64,000 nucleotides of DNA, taken from NCBI GenBank assembly GCA_023205875.1, contig CP060755.1:496001-560000 (forward strand), read 5' to 3'. The notes beneath the pieces were generated by a model that saw only the letters and a list, made by a program, of their open reading frames with translations, was not told the origin of the DNA and ran no database searches. Shown in pieces: positions 55,334 to 64,000 of this stretch. Source of the stretch: Chloropicon primus (Eukaryota). A program made the position numbers and the translations under genes. How positions within the stretch are numbered: position 1 is the stretch's first letter; each line of letters starts with the position of its first letter.

Positions 55334-55791
55334 AGATTCCGCCTGTACCCTCAACTCTCCCTCCCTCCCTCCCGCCCGCCCGCTCCTTCCCTTCAAAGCC
55401 GCAAGGTCCTCACCCAACCTCGTTCTGAGGCTCCTGTTGCTCCACACGTTATCCAAACAGAGGCGGACGCGAAAGACGGTGGAGTCGATCGAGAGAGGGG
55501 AGGAGGGGTCGGGAAAGGGGAGGGGGAAGGTACCAGGGCGAAGCTGCGTCTCAAGGGCTTTCCATCGGCGTGTCACTCGCCCGGTTTGGTCACGAGACTT
55601 GTTGTCCACCCCTCTTGGACCCCACTTGTTGTGAAAGGAGTCCAGTCCTCTCTTCTCGAGAGCAAAGGAGAGAGGGGTTCACGGGGCGCAGGAGGGGGCT
55701 GGGCGGCGGGAGACCGGGTGTGGGAGCTCCCTTTGGCTGTGGTCTCTCGGTATTTCGGATCAGGCAAGGGTGCACTGGTCGATGGCACGGC

Positions 55792-56194
55792 ATGGTGGAG
55801 GAGGTTGAGGTCAAGGTCGTTTATTTCGCAAGCGCCAGGGAGGCGGTTGGGAGCGAAGGGGAGGCAGTTCGGTTGGAAGCGGAAGGGCACGGGGAGGACG
55901 GGGAGCCGTACGTCACGACCGATGTCCTCGTGAAGGTCCTGGTAAGTGCACATTGTTATTGTGTGTCTGTCTGTCTGCGTGTTGTGTGTGTGTCTGTATG
56001 TGTCTGTGTGTTTGGCTGGGCTGACCGCGCGTGGACTTTTTCGACAACAACAGCTTGAGCGCCACCCGAAGCTGCGAGCCATCTTCAACACTATCGTTCT
56101 GGCGGTGAACATGGATTACGCGGACAAGGGCCAAAGCGTGAGGCTGAAGGGGAGGGACGAAGTGGCGCTCATTCCGCCGATAGGGGGAGGTTGA
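55792..56194 (+). CDS. MOCS2A: Molybdopterin synthase sulfur carrier subunit (MoaD/MOCS2A/CNX7)
   Basis: VKVVYFASARE; intron 55942-56053; LAVNMDY, DEVALIPPIGGG-stop. Confidence 0.9.
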
Positions 56195-56445
56195 GACCTG
56201 GGCCAGGGGTAAACCTAACGAAGCCTTTTATTATAGTAGATGTTATGAAGCTATCCAATTTACGTGTTGTGTTCCCTTATATTCTTTGTCTTTTCGAAAG
56301 GTCACGGTGTCCTGTACGGGGTTTCACATGGGCTCGGCAGAACCACCAAGTGAGCGCTCGACGTGATATGCGCAGTACTGCCCCGCTCAGCTGGGGGTTT
56401 TGTTGGCGCTCCACTGTTAGCGTGTGTCGGAAAGACGTCGTCGAG

Positions 56446-57204
56446 TTACTGTGGCGCCGGCGCTGGCGGACCACCAGCCCCTGGCGAGGCTGGTGGCGGG
56501 GTCCTGCTTCTGCTCCTCGCTCTCGGCGGGGTCCTGCTTCGGCTACGGCTCGCAGACCTGGACCTGGGCCTTGGCGACCTCGATCTCGATCTGCTCCTCG
56601 AGCGACCCCGCGGGGACGCTGGCGACCTGCTCCTGCTCCTGCTTCTCGGCTCGTCCTCGTAAGGGAAGATCTTGATGTTCGTCCTGTCGTAAGGGTTCTT
56701 GAACTCGGTGTCGTGCATCTTGTTAAGGCAGTACCTCATGTCGTCCTTATTTGTGTACTCAACAATTCCCATGAGCCCTCCCCTCTTGGTGGTCCATACG
56801 TCAGCAAACACGACCTCGCCCGCCTTCCTCATGAAGTCCTTCAGGTCTTGCCACGAGCACCTATCCGGGAGATTCTCCACCTCCACGCAAAGGTGCATAT
56901 TCCTCGGGCCCCTCCCCGCCCTTCCGCCTCTTCCGTCTCTTCCCCCGTCTCTTCCTCTCCCCCCTCCACGTCCTTTCGCGATCTCCACCCTCAACTTGTA
57001 ACCGTCGAAGTCATACCCATCCCTCCTCCGCACTGCCTCGTCCGCATCATCGGCATGGTCGAACTCGATGAAGGCAAACCCTGGGGGTCTCGGTGGAAGC
57101 TTCAAGTCAATGTCCACGATCTTGCCGCACTTGTAGAACACGTCGTCGAGTTCTCTCTCCCTCACGTCAAGAGGAAGGTTCCCGACATAAATCGTACGAG
57201 ACAT
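56446..57204 (-). CDS. SR splicing factor, SRSF1/SR30-34 type
   Basis: [22 protein letters not shown] pseudo-RRM, RS tail. Confidence 0.95.
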   Translation of the reverse strand: MSRTIYVGNLPLDVRERELDDVFYKCGKIVDIDLKLPPRPPGFAFIEFDHADDADEAVRRRDGYDFDGYKLRVEIAKGRGGGRGRDGGRDGRGGRAGRGPRNMHLCVEVENLPDRCSWQDLKDFMRKAGEVVFADVWTTKRGGLMGIVEYTNKDDMRYCLNKMHDTEFKNPYDRTNIKIFPYEDEPRSRSRSRSPASPRGRSRSRSRSRSPRPRSRSASRSRSRTPPRARSRSRTPPPASPGAGGPPAPAPQ

Positions 57205-57563
57205 CCTCCTTCGTCCTTCGTCCTCGTCCTCGTCAAAACAAAAAACAAAACAAACCCTTCTGGCTTCGATCGTTCGACACGAACGTAATCCTTTCCTTCT
57301 GGATGGATCGTACGTACGGATGGATATGGATCTCAACCGTCGACCGCCGCAATCACAAAAGGTTCGGGTCGAGAAAACAAACCTCTCGTCCGTTACGAAC
57401 CAAGAGAGGCAGGCGTTACGAACCCAAGAGAGGGGGAAGGGGGCAAACGTTTGCCGTCGTGGGCCCAAAGACCGCCGTTGCGTTGCGTTGCGTTGCCGTC
57501 GTCTCCTTCGTTCTTCGACGAAGCTTTTTTTTTTTTTTCGGCGCGCCAAAAATAATAGGGTGT

Positions 57564-57873
57564 ACCAAGGCGAAGGAGTAGTGTAAAAGAATCGTCATCG
57601 TTTCCTTAATTGGAGCCAAGAGACAGGCGAGGACGAGGAGGAGGAGGTCTCGTCGTCTTGGCACTGAATAAGGGAATGGCGTCTTGGCGTCACGTACTCG
57701 TACTTGTTCAAGTAAGGAGTCTCTCGATGGAGTGTACGCGTTCTCCTTGCCTTGGTTTTGCCTTAATCGAAGGCGAGGAAAAGACTTTGCACCTTTTGGA
57801 CGTCCCAGGTGTTAGTCTCGTTTCCTAAAGTAAAGGGTTTCATTGACCGGAATTTGAACCCAAGGGTCTTGGG
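57564..57873 (+). ncRNA. Candidate structured non-coding RNA, family unassigned
   Basis: Nested complementary segments with multiple G-U pairs on the + strand; no credible ORF (see finding). Confidence 0.35.
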
Positions 57874-57980
57874 AAGGACAAAGGGTGTGGTGCCTGTGGG
57901 CGAGGAAGCGTAGGCTTTAGGCTGGAAGTACGGCGCAGGGAAGGGCGTGAGCAAGGCGGAGAAGGGTTCAGGCGGAATCC

Positions 57981-58023
57981 TCGTCTCTTCAGCTTTCCAA
58001 AGAGCCCTCTCTTGAAGGAAACG
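57981..58023 (+). promoter_or_regulatory. 43-bp long-form upstream element
   Basis: TCGTCTCTTCAGCTTTCCAAAGAGCCCTCTCTTGAAGGAAACG, about 90 bp before ATG 58115. Confidence 0.6.
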
Positions 58024-58114
58024 GGAAAGTGTGGGCATTGGGTCGACCTCAGGAGGGTGGGCAGTGGTTGCTGGAGCAGGGGAAGGGAAGGGCTAGGAGG
58101 GAGAGTTGAGGGAG

Positions 58115-60832
58115 ATGACCGAGGAGGAGGCTGGAGGGCAGGAGGAGGTGGCGGCCAAGGAGGCGGAGGATGGACCGGCGGAGGCCAAGGCGGAGGAGAC
58201 GCAGGCGGCGGAGGCTGCAGAGGGCGGGGACAAGGGGAGCGACGAGGAGGAGGAGGAGGAGGAGCTCGGGGACCCAAACGACATCGTCATACCCCTGTCC
58301 TACGTCGAGAAGGAGGACGGGACGAACGCCCCTCTCAAGGGCGTGCTCTCGATCTTCGTCACCGAGACGACCAAGAAGATCGTGAACATCGAGTCCTTGG
58401 GACCGGAGAACCCCATGATGACGGTGGAGAAGGCCGTGATTGTGGAGGACATTAGGTTCCGTGGCGTGATATCGGACTTCGGTCCGATAAAGAAGGAGAT
58501 CGAGTCCTCCCCCCTGGAGCTCTTGATCCTGAGGCACAACGAGGACGACATCTACGGCGACGGGAACAACCTGGAGGTGTGCGTGAGCGAGGGGGCCGCC
58601 ACGGTCTGGAACGAGGTCCTTGAGCTTACCCAGAAGAAGGCCGAGCTTATCAAGAAGATAGCCGAGAGGGAGGCGAGGGACAAGGCCATGGGAAAGAGCA
58701 AGCGGAAGAAGAAGAAGAAGAGGGTGCACAAGCCCTGGGTGAGCTTGGGCTCGGACCAAGAGATTCTCGAAGAGAAAGTGGTCGACACGAGGGACAGAAT
58801 TCAAATGGTTTTCCACAGGCAGCACGGGGAGCTCAACCAGGCCCTCGACTTGACCGACAAGGACGCCTCGGAGCTGTGGAACTCCTCTCAGATGGAATGC
58901 AGACCCTTCAAAGATCCTAACTTCGAGCTCGTGAGGCTCGAGAAGGAGATTGGCGTCCAAGCCATTCCGGAGACGACGGACTGCGGGTCTCAGGCCACGA
59001 AGAACAGGCAAGTAAACGCAGTGATGCAGTACGAGGCCTTCATGTCGGAGAACGTACGGAGCAACAGGAGAGAAAAGTTTCAGAAGACGGACAAGGACGA
59101 GGAGATCGCCGCCTTTCTTGACAGGGTGAGGCCCCTGTACGAGAAGGCCCTGCAGCAGAACGAGCTTTACGATATTTTCGAGGACAAGTTCAGTCTACTC
59201 GCCGAGGAGGATCACGGCCCAGGAAACAAGAACGAGAACAACATCACGGAGTTCCAGAGTTTCACCTACTGGAAGTACTCGAACAACAAGGTCGCCTCTT
59301 GCATTGACTGGGTTCCTGGGGAGGACAACGTGGTCGCTGTTGCGATTACCGAGCCGCTGTCGTTCAACGAGAGGCTGAAGATCTCCGGAAAGCCAAGGAC
59401 GAGTTACATTCTTATCTGGAGCTTCACGGACCCGATCCACCCGCAGTACGTCCTGGCGTCGCCTTTCGACATCTATGCTTTCCAGTTCAACCCCTACAAC
59501 AAGGGCATTGTTGCCGCTGGCTGCTACAACGGTCAAGTCATCCTGTGGAACATCGAAGACGCAAAGAAGCAGCTCGAGGCCCAAAGGAGCGCGGATGACG
59601 ACGAACAGGGGAGCGAGGAGACCCTCATCCCGTCGATCGCTCCCTCGATGGTCTCTTCGATCGACAAGTCCCACTCCATGTGCATCACGGACTTGATCTG
59701 GCTTCCAGCTGGCGTCGAGGTCACCAAGGACGGCAAGGTTGCCATCGGCAGCGATGACAACGCCAGCAGCTTCTTTGCCACGACCTCTGTGGACGGCAGG
59801 GTCTTATTCTGGGACACGAAGGTGGCCAAGAAGAAGGAGAGCGAAGCGGGGGAGAATGGAGGCGAAGCTGGTGGGAAAGGCAGCTCAGGAAATGCCCAAG
59901 GTAGCAGCGGAAGCAGCAGGAGAAGGGGGAAGGATAGCGATAAGGGCACGGAGTGGAAGGCGACTTGGAGCGTGGGTCTCGTGAGGGAGCAGGGAGGAGA
60001 CCTTGCGGCGACCAAGCTTTCGTTCAACCTCAAGGACTCCCTGGAGACGGCTTTCTTCGCAGGTTCCATGGATGGGGAGATTGCCTACGCGGAGTACCAC
60101 AAGCCAGAGGACGTCCAGCACCCCGAGTACACGAAAATGACGATAGACGCTCACTTTGGTGCCATCTCGACGCTCCAGCGGAGCCCCTTCTTCGAGGACA
60201 TTGTGCTTTCCGTCGGAGAGTGGTCCTTCAAGATCTGGAAGGAGGGCTTGAGCTCACCGATTTTCGCGTCGGCCTCGGCCACGACGTACTTGACCATGGG
60301 CTGCTGGTCTCCCACCCGGCCCGGAGTGATCATCACCGCCAGGGAGGACGGAATGATCGAGGTGTGGGATCTCTTGGACCGCTCTCACGAGGCCAGCATG
60401 GTCTCCACGGTGAGTTCCTCCTCCATCACCTCGCTCAAGTTTTACGAGAGCAGCTCCAGCAGCTACCAGCTCCTCGCTGCGGGGGACAGCATGGGTAAGC
60501 TGCACATTCTGGAGCTGCCCAGAAACCTCAGGCGGCCGATCTTGAACGAGAAGGAAATCATGCAGTCCTTCTGCGAGAGGGAGTTGGAAAGGGTTCAGTA
60601 CGTTGGCTCGACTTTGAAAACCTTCAAGAACATCGCCGATGACTCGAACAAGTTGTTGGATTTGGGCGACAAGGGCGTGGACCAAGACCTTCAGGACGAG
60701 CAGCAGCAAAGCATGCTCGAGCTCATCGAAAAGAGTGAGCAGGAGTACCTGAAGCTCGAGAAAGAGTACAGAGAAAAGTTCAACCTCGACGCGCCCAACG
60801 GTGCCGCCAACGGCGAAGTTCCTGTGAGCTGA
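58115..60832 (+). CDS. WDR63: Axonemal dynein intermediate chain, WDR63/DNAI3/IC140-like
   Basis: KPWVSLGSDQEI, EIGVQA, ILIWSFTDPIHPQYVL, AGCYNGQVILW, LQRSPFF, WSPTRPGV, GKLHILELP. Confidence 0.88.
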   Translation: MTEEEAGGQEEVAAKEAEDGPAEAKAEETQAAEAAEGGDKGSDEEEEEEELGDPNDIVIPLSYVEKEDGTNAPLKGVLSIFVTETTKKIVNIESLGPENPMMTVEKAVIVEDIRFRGVISDFGPIKKEIESSPLELLILRHNEDDIYGDGNNLEVCVSEGAATVWNEVLELTQKKAELIKKIAEREARDKAMGKSKRKKKKKRVHKPWVSLGSDQEILEEKVVDTRDRIQMVFHRQHGELNQALDLTDKDASELWNSSQMECRPFKDPNFELVRLEKEIGVQAIPETTDCGSQATKNRQVNAVMQYEAFMSENVRSNRREKFQKTDKDEEIAAFLDRVRPLYEKALQQNELYDIFEDKFSLLAEEDHGPGNKNENNITEFQSFTYWKYSNNKVASCIDWVPGEDNVVAVAITEPLSFNERLKISGKPRTSYILIWSFTDPIHPQYVLASPFDIYAFQFNPYNKGIVAAGCYNGQVILWNIEDAKKQLEAQRSADDDEQGSEETLIPSIAPSMVSSIDKSHSMCITDLIWLPAGVEVTKDGKVAIGSDDNASSFFATTSVDGRVLFWDTKVAKKKESEAGENGGEAGGKGSSGNAQGSSGSSRRRGKDSDKGTEWKATWSVGLVREQGGDLAATKLSFNLKDSLETAFFAGSMDGEIAYAEYHKPEDVQHPEYTKMTIDAHFGAISTLQRSPFFEDIVLSVGEWSFKIWKEGLSSPIFASASATTYLTMGCWSPTRPGVIITAREDGMIEVWDLLDRSHEASMVSTVSSSSITSLKFYESSSSSYQLLAAGDSMGKLHILELPRNLRRPILNEKEIMQSFCERELERVQYVGSTLKTFKNIADDSNKLLDLGDKGVDQDLQDEQQQSMLELIEKSEQEYLKLEKEYREKFNLDAPNGAANGEVPVS

Positions 60833-60922
60833 AGAAAAGCGCAGGGCTCAACAAACGGGTTTCGAAACACAACATACATTACTAGCTCGCCACCTGTGAA
60901 AGGGCGATATTTCACTTATATT

Positions 60923-61459
60923 TTACTGTCCCAAGAAGTTGATCAACCTTTGCCTCGTTATGTTACTGCTGCTGTTCGACGCTCTGGTCCGGTTCGAGCT
61001 CGTGCTCGTGCTCCTCGTGGTCGTTGGCAGCGCCGTCGGGATGTCCCTCAGCTCCTTCTTCATGCACAGGGACTCGCCGACAAGCGTCATGCAAGCCACG
61101 GAGACCCCTATGGTGATCCACCACTCTATGGACGCCGGGAAGCCTCCGTAGGACCAGCAGAAGAGCAGGTGGAACACGTAGCAAGTCACCGTGAAGTCCA
61201 AGCACTTCTTCGTTCGTTCCACTACGAGGTACAGAACGACCGAGCCCGCCAACGCGCTCGCGAGGTACGACACAATCGGGGAGACCCCAATAAGCTTCCG
61301 GTAGTCAAACAGGAGCTCCACTGTCAGCGGACTCCTCGCCCTCGAGGCCAGGAACATGTACAGCGCCGTGCACAAGTTCAAGTAAAACAGGCACTGCACG
61401 CACACCATCTGCGCCACGATGAGCACAGGGTCCCATATCGACTTTCCGTAAAACGCCAT
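60923..61459 (-). CDS. SYS1: Golgi membrane protein SYS1
   Basis: WDPVLIVAQ, VERTKKCLDF, GESLCMKKELRDIP; four hydrophobic segments. Confidence 0.92.
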   Translation of the reverse strand: MAFYGKSIWDPVLIVAQMVCVQCLFYLNLCTALYMFLASRARSPLTVELLFDYRKLIGVSPIVSYLASALAGSVVLYLVVERTKKCLDFTVTCYVFHLLFCWSYGGFPASIEWWITIGVSVACMTLVGESLCMKKELRDIPTALPTTTRSTSTSSNRTRASNSSSNITRQRLINFLGQ

Positions 61460-62118
61460 CCTCCCCTACGTACGCCTTCGACGACAACACAGCACAGCAC
61501 AGCACAACACAACACTCCTCCTCCTCCCTTCACCGCCTTCCCTTCATCCTCCTAAGCTCTCTCTCTCTCTCTCTCTTTGTCTGTCTCTTTGTCTGTCTGT
61601 GTCGTCGCCGCTTCACGAGAGCGGTCGGTCCTTCGAAAGACAAAGAGGCGGCGCTTCCGCCTTCCCCTCTCCTCCTCGTCCTCCTCGCTCGTCGTCGTCC
61701 TCGTCCTCGTCGTCGTCCGATCGAGCGAGCGCTTCTCTCTCTCTCTCTCTCTCACTGTCAGCTTTCTGGCGCGCGCGCCGAGAGAGGGGAGCGACGGAGG
61801 AGTTGAACCTTTGGTGAGTGATCGTGCGACGCGCGGCGGCGTTCGAGAGAGAAGAGAGGCGACCGATCGATACTACCCGTCGCGATCTTTCCATAGACGG
61901 TTCACACGAAGGGTTTGGCCTCGGCACGAGGAGAGGACGCCGTGCGGATGCAGGGAAGGGCAAGGGTAGCGTTGGAGGTGGAGATGATGGAGGGCTAGAA
62001 CGGGGCCAAGGGGACGGAGCCAGAGGTCATGCGTTGGTCCATCAGTTCGTTGCGTTAGCACTTTCGTTGGTGGCACGAAGGAAGGTCGAGTTGTGACGTT
62101 GTGGAGAGGGAGGAGACC

Positions 62119-63768
62119 ATGGCGGACAGCACGATGTTCGGGTACAACCTCGGGATACCTCGGTTGGGGATGCCGTTGGAGGCGGTGAGTGGTGTCGAGG
62201 AGAAGGAGAAAGCGCCTTTGGTGCCCGCAGAGAAGGGCGTTGAAGACGAAGGAAGCGAAGGGACTCCTCGGACTTCTGAAGACTATGAGGACAACATCCC
62301 GACGAAAATAGGGGGACACTTCCCAACTTCGAGGGAAGCGAATGCCACGCACAAGGAGAACTTCGAGTTCGCCTGTGGCGTGCTGAAGGACTGGTTCTCG
62401 ACGATCAGGACGCCCAAAGACATGGCACGTAACGTCAGCCTGGTGACGCGGTGTTCGGTGCAGATGCTGTGCATGCACGACAATTACTTGGCAGAGGCGA
62501 TACACGCCGTGTGCAACAACGGCGGGCCAATGTACAGAAAGGGCTGCTTCGCGCGTGACATGCTGAGCTTCATGCTCACTGTGAAGAAGGTACACCCGAT
62601 GCTGGAGAACTTCTTCCTCTCGGAGAGGCTGGAGCTGCCCGACGACTCGAAGAGGATGGTCGTGGTAGACTTTCTCGGGGACGACAACCCAACAAAGATC
62701 TTCAAGAAGGCCGTGACGGAGGGTACGACGAGCTCTTTCAGCGTCTACTCGCTGAAGAAATGCAACCAGCAGATCAAGGAATGGAAGAAAATGGGGAAGC
62801 GTGAGCCGCTGACTTGGGGTAAGGGGCAGAATCTGGTGGCACAGGCAAAGAGGCTGAAGCAGGTGATCGAGAATCAGTTCAGGTACCGCGCGGACTGCGA
62901 GGTGCTAGTGATGCTCAAGTGCAGCACGATGTCATCCGAGTACGGCTTCCCCTTCGTAAGCACCTTTGACTTGGAGATGGCCATGGGGCTGAAGCGGCTA
63001 AACGTGGAGGGTCCTCCTTCCTTCCTGCCCTTCCGCTTCAATATGCTGAGGCGGTTCAACTTCGTGAAGAGCGTCGTCGGGCCCGACAGCTACCGAGGCC
63101 CGACCGAATCATTGGAGCTGGACTTGTCCCACGAGGACAAGCAGCTCAGGTTTGCCACCGACTTGCTGGAAGAGTGGTTTAGAAGGATAAGGATACAGGA
63201 CGACGTGTTCGATTATCCATCGGTCGCTTCTAGACTTGTGAACGAGGTGTTGACGTTAGGGGAACACCAATACCTTGCGAAAGCCTTTGAGGAGCTCATG
63301 AAAAAATCCGAGAAAAAAGCCATGAAGTTCAGGAAAGGAAGCTTTTCCAGGGATTACATGAACTTCCTGCTCATGGCCAAGGAGGTGCAACGTTTGTGCG
63401 ACGAAAACTGGGAGGTGCTGCGCAAAAAGATCCCAGAAGGCACGAAAAGGCTGGTCGTCTTGGACTACAAGTGCGAGGATAATCCAGATGAAGTCTTTCA
63501 GAAGGAGATATGCAAGGCAAAGACCAATGCCAAGCCCTTCTTTTGCTTCAGTCCAGAGATCATCAACAACCTCCTTGGGGACCCGATGTTTGTCGGCAAG
63601 AGGGTCGAGTGCAACCTCCTCAAGCTGGGCATTCTCACTTCGTTCAAGGACTGCGACGACGGCGCGGTTCTGATAATGCACCAAGACAACATTCTGAGTG
63701 TGAGGCACGCGTTCCCCTTTGATGCAACCCTCCCCCTTCAACGAAGGGAAAGTGCCAGAGTTGCTTGA
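62119..63768 (+). CDS. Unknown protein made of two diverged homologous domains
   Basis: 549-aa ORF with internal duplication (see finding). Confidence 0.75.
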   Translation: MADSTMFGYNLGIPRLGMPLEAVSGVEEKEKAPLVPAEKGVEDEGSEGTPRTSEDYEDNIPTKIGGHFPTSREANATHKENFEFACGVLKDWFSTIRTPKDMARNVSLVTRCSVQMLCMHDNYLAEAIHAVCNNGGPMYRKGCFARDMLSFMLTVKKVHPMLENFFLSERLELPDDSKRMVVVDFLGDDNPTKIFKKAVTEGTTSSFSVYSLKKCNQQIKEWKKMGKREPLTWGKGQNLVAQAKRLKQVIENQFRYRADCEVLVMLKCSTMSSEYGFPFVSTFDLEMAMGLKRLNVEGPPSFLPFRFNMLRRFNFVKSVVGPDSYRGPTESLELDLSHEDKQLRFATDLLEEWFRRIRIQDDVFDYPSVASRLVNEVLTLGEHQYLAKAFEELMKKSEKKAMKFRKGSFSRDYMNFLLMAKEVQRLCDENWEVLRKKIPEGTKRLVVLDYKCEDNPDEVFQKEICKAKTNAKPFFCFSPEIINNLLGDPMFVGKRVECNLLKLGILTSFKDCDDGAVLIMHQDNILSVRHAFPFDATLPLQRRESARVA

Positions 63769-63878
63769 ATTTTTGACCACGAGCCATGCCTCGATGGGCT
63801 CGTCGCCATTGGTTGTTATTGATCGCTCAGTGTAAAACTGTTGGCGCTAACAACGCGCCCTTGTATAACAAGAAAAGT

Positions 63879-64000
63879 TTAAGGCCTCTTACCGCTTGAA
63901 ACAGAGCCGATACGCTCTGCCGCGTCTTCCAGCAGAGATGAAGCAAACCGGAGGGCAGCTGTCTGAATTCCCGGAGCTAGCTCGATCGCTAGTTCAACGG
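63879..64000 (-). CDS. Possible 3' end of a gene entering from the right edge
   Basis: Open frame VELAIELAPGIQTAALRFASSLLEDAAERIGSVSSGKRP-stop; too short to assign. Confidence 0.35.
   Translation of the reverse strand, partial: VELAIELAPGIQTAALRFASSLLEDAAERIGSVSSGKRP

Noticed and set aside
57705..57717. U3 snoRNA (CCTTACTTGAACA on - strand resembles plant U3 box A')
   Set aside because: The following box A and boxes B/C/D are absent, and G-U pairing favours the + strand.
57820..57873. Telomerase template (AAACCCT/CCTAAA) or tRNA/B-box (GGTTCAAATTCC on - strand)
   Set aside because: Only one repeat unit without an alignment extension; no cloverleaf or A-box could be built.
1..64000. Transposon, endogenous virus or prokaryotic operon/defence system
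   Set aside because: No transposase, RT, integrase, capsid, LTR or TIR recognised; the genes are spliceosomal-intron eukaryotic housekeeping loci.

Overview
Gene-dense, GC-rich eukaryotic nuclear DNA with about 33 protein-coding genes. Most genes have 0-2 short GT-AG introns with CTGAC/CTAAC branch points and lie in alternating divergent/convergent pairs, with microsatellite-rich introns and spacers. Plastid/mitochondrial presequences, an HPR photorespiration gene, axonemal dynein and occasional TGTAA 3' signals point to a compact-genome chlorophyte picoalga (Chloropicon-like; this is inference). Recognisable genes: voltage-sensor-fused adenylyl cyclase, cysteine dioxygenase, NAA10, PP4 catalytic subunit, RIO2, organellar bS21, VPS53, TrpRS, XRCC3-like, HPR, HCCS, DMC1, UNC-45, MIC60, organellar AlaRS, MOCS2A, an SRSF1-type SR protein, WDR63/IC140 and SYS1. 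The most notable unexplained structure: (1) a fixed-spacing upstream element CGTCTC-N5-CTTTC[G/C]A (43-bp long form) seen 16 times, only between divergent genes; (2) second copies of it exactly 182, 183 and 184 bp upstream at three independent loci; (3) a ~310-nt highly base-paired intergenic segment that looks like an unassigned ncRNA; (4) a myosin-TH1/F-box/double-Yippee protein; (5) a triplicated family of secreted, RKLL-processed, Cys-free aromatic proteins. All assignments are by eye; no searches were run.
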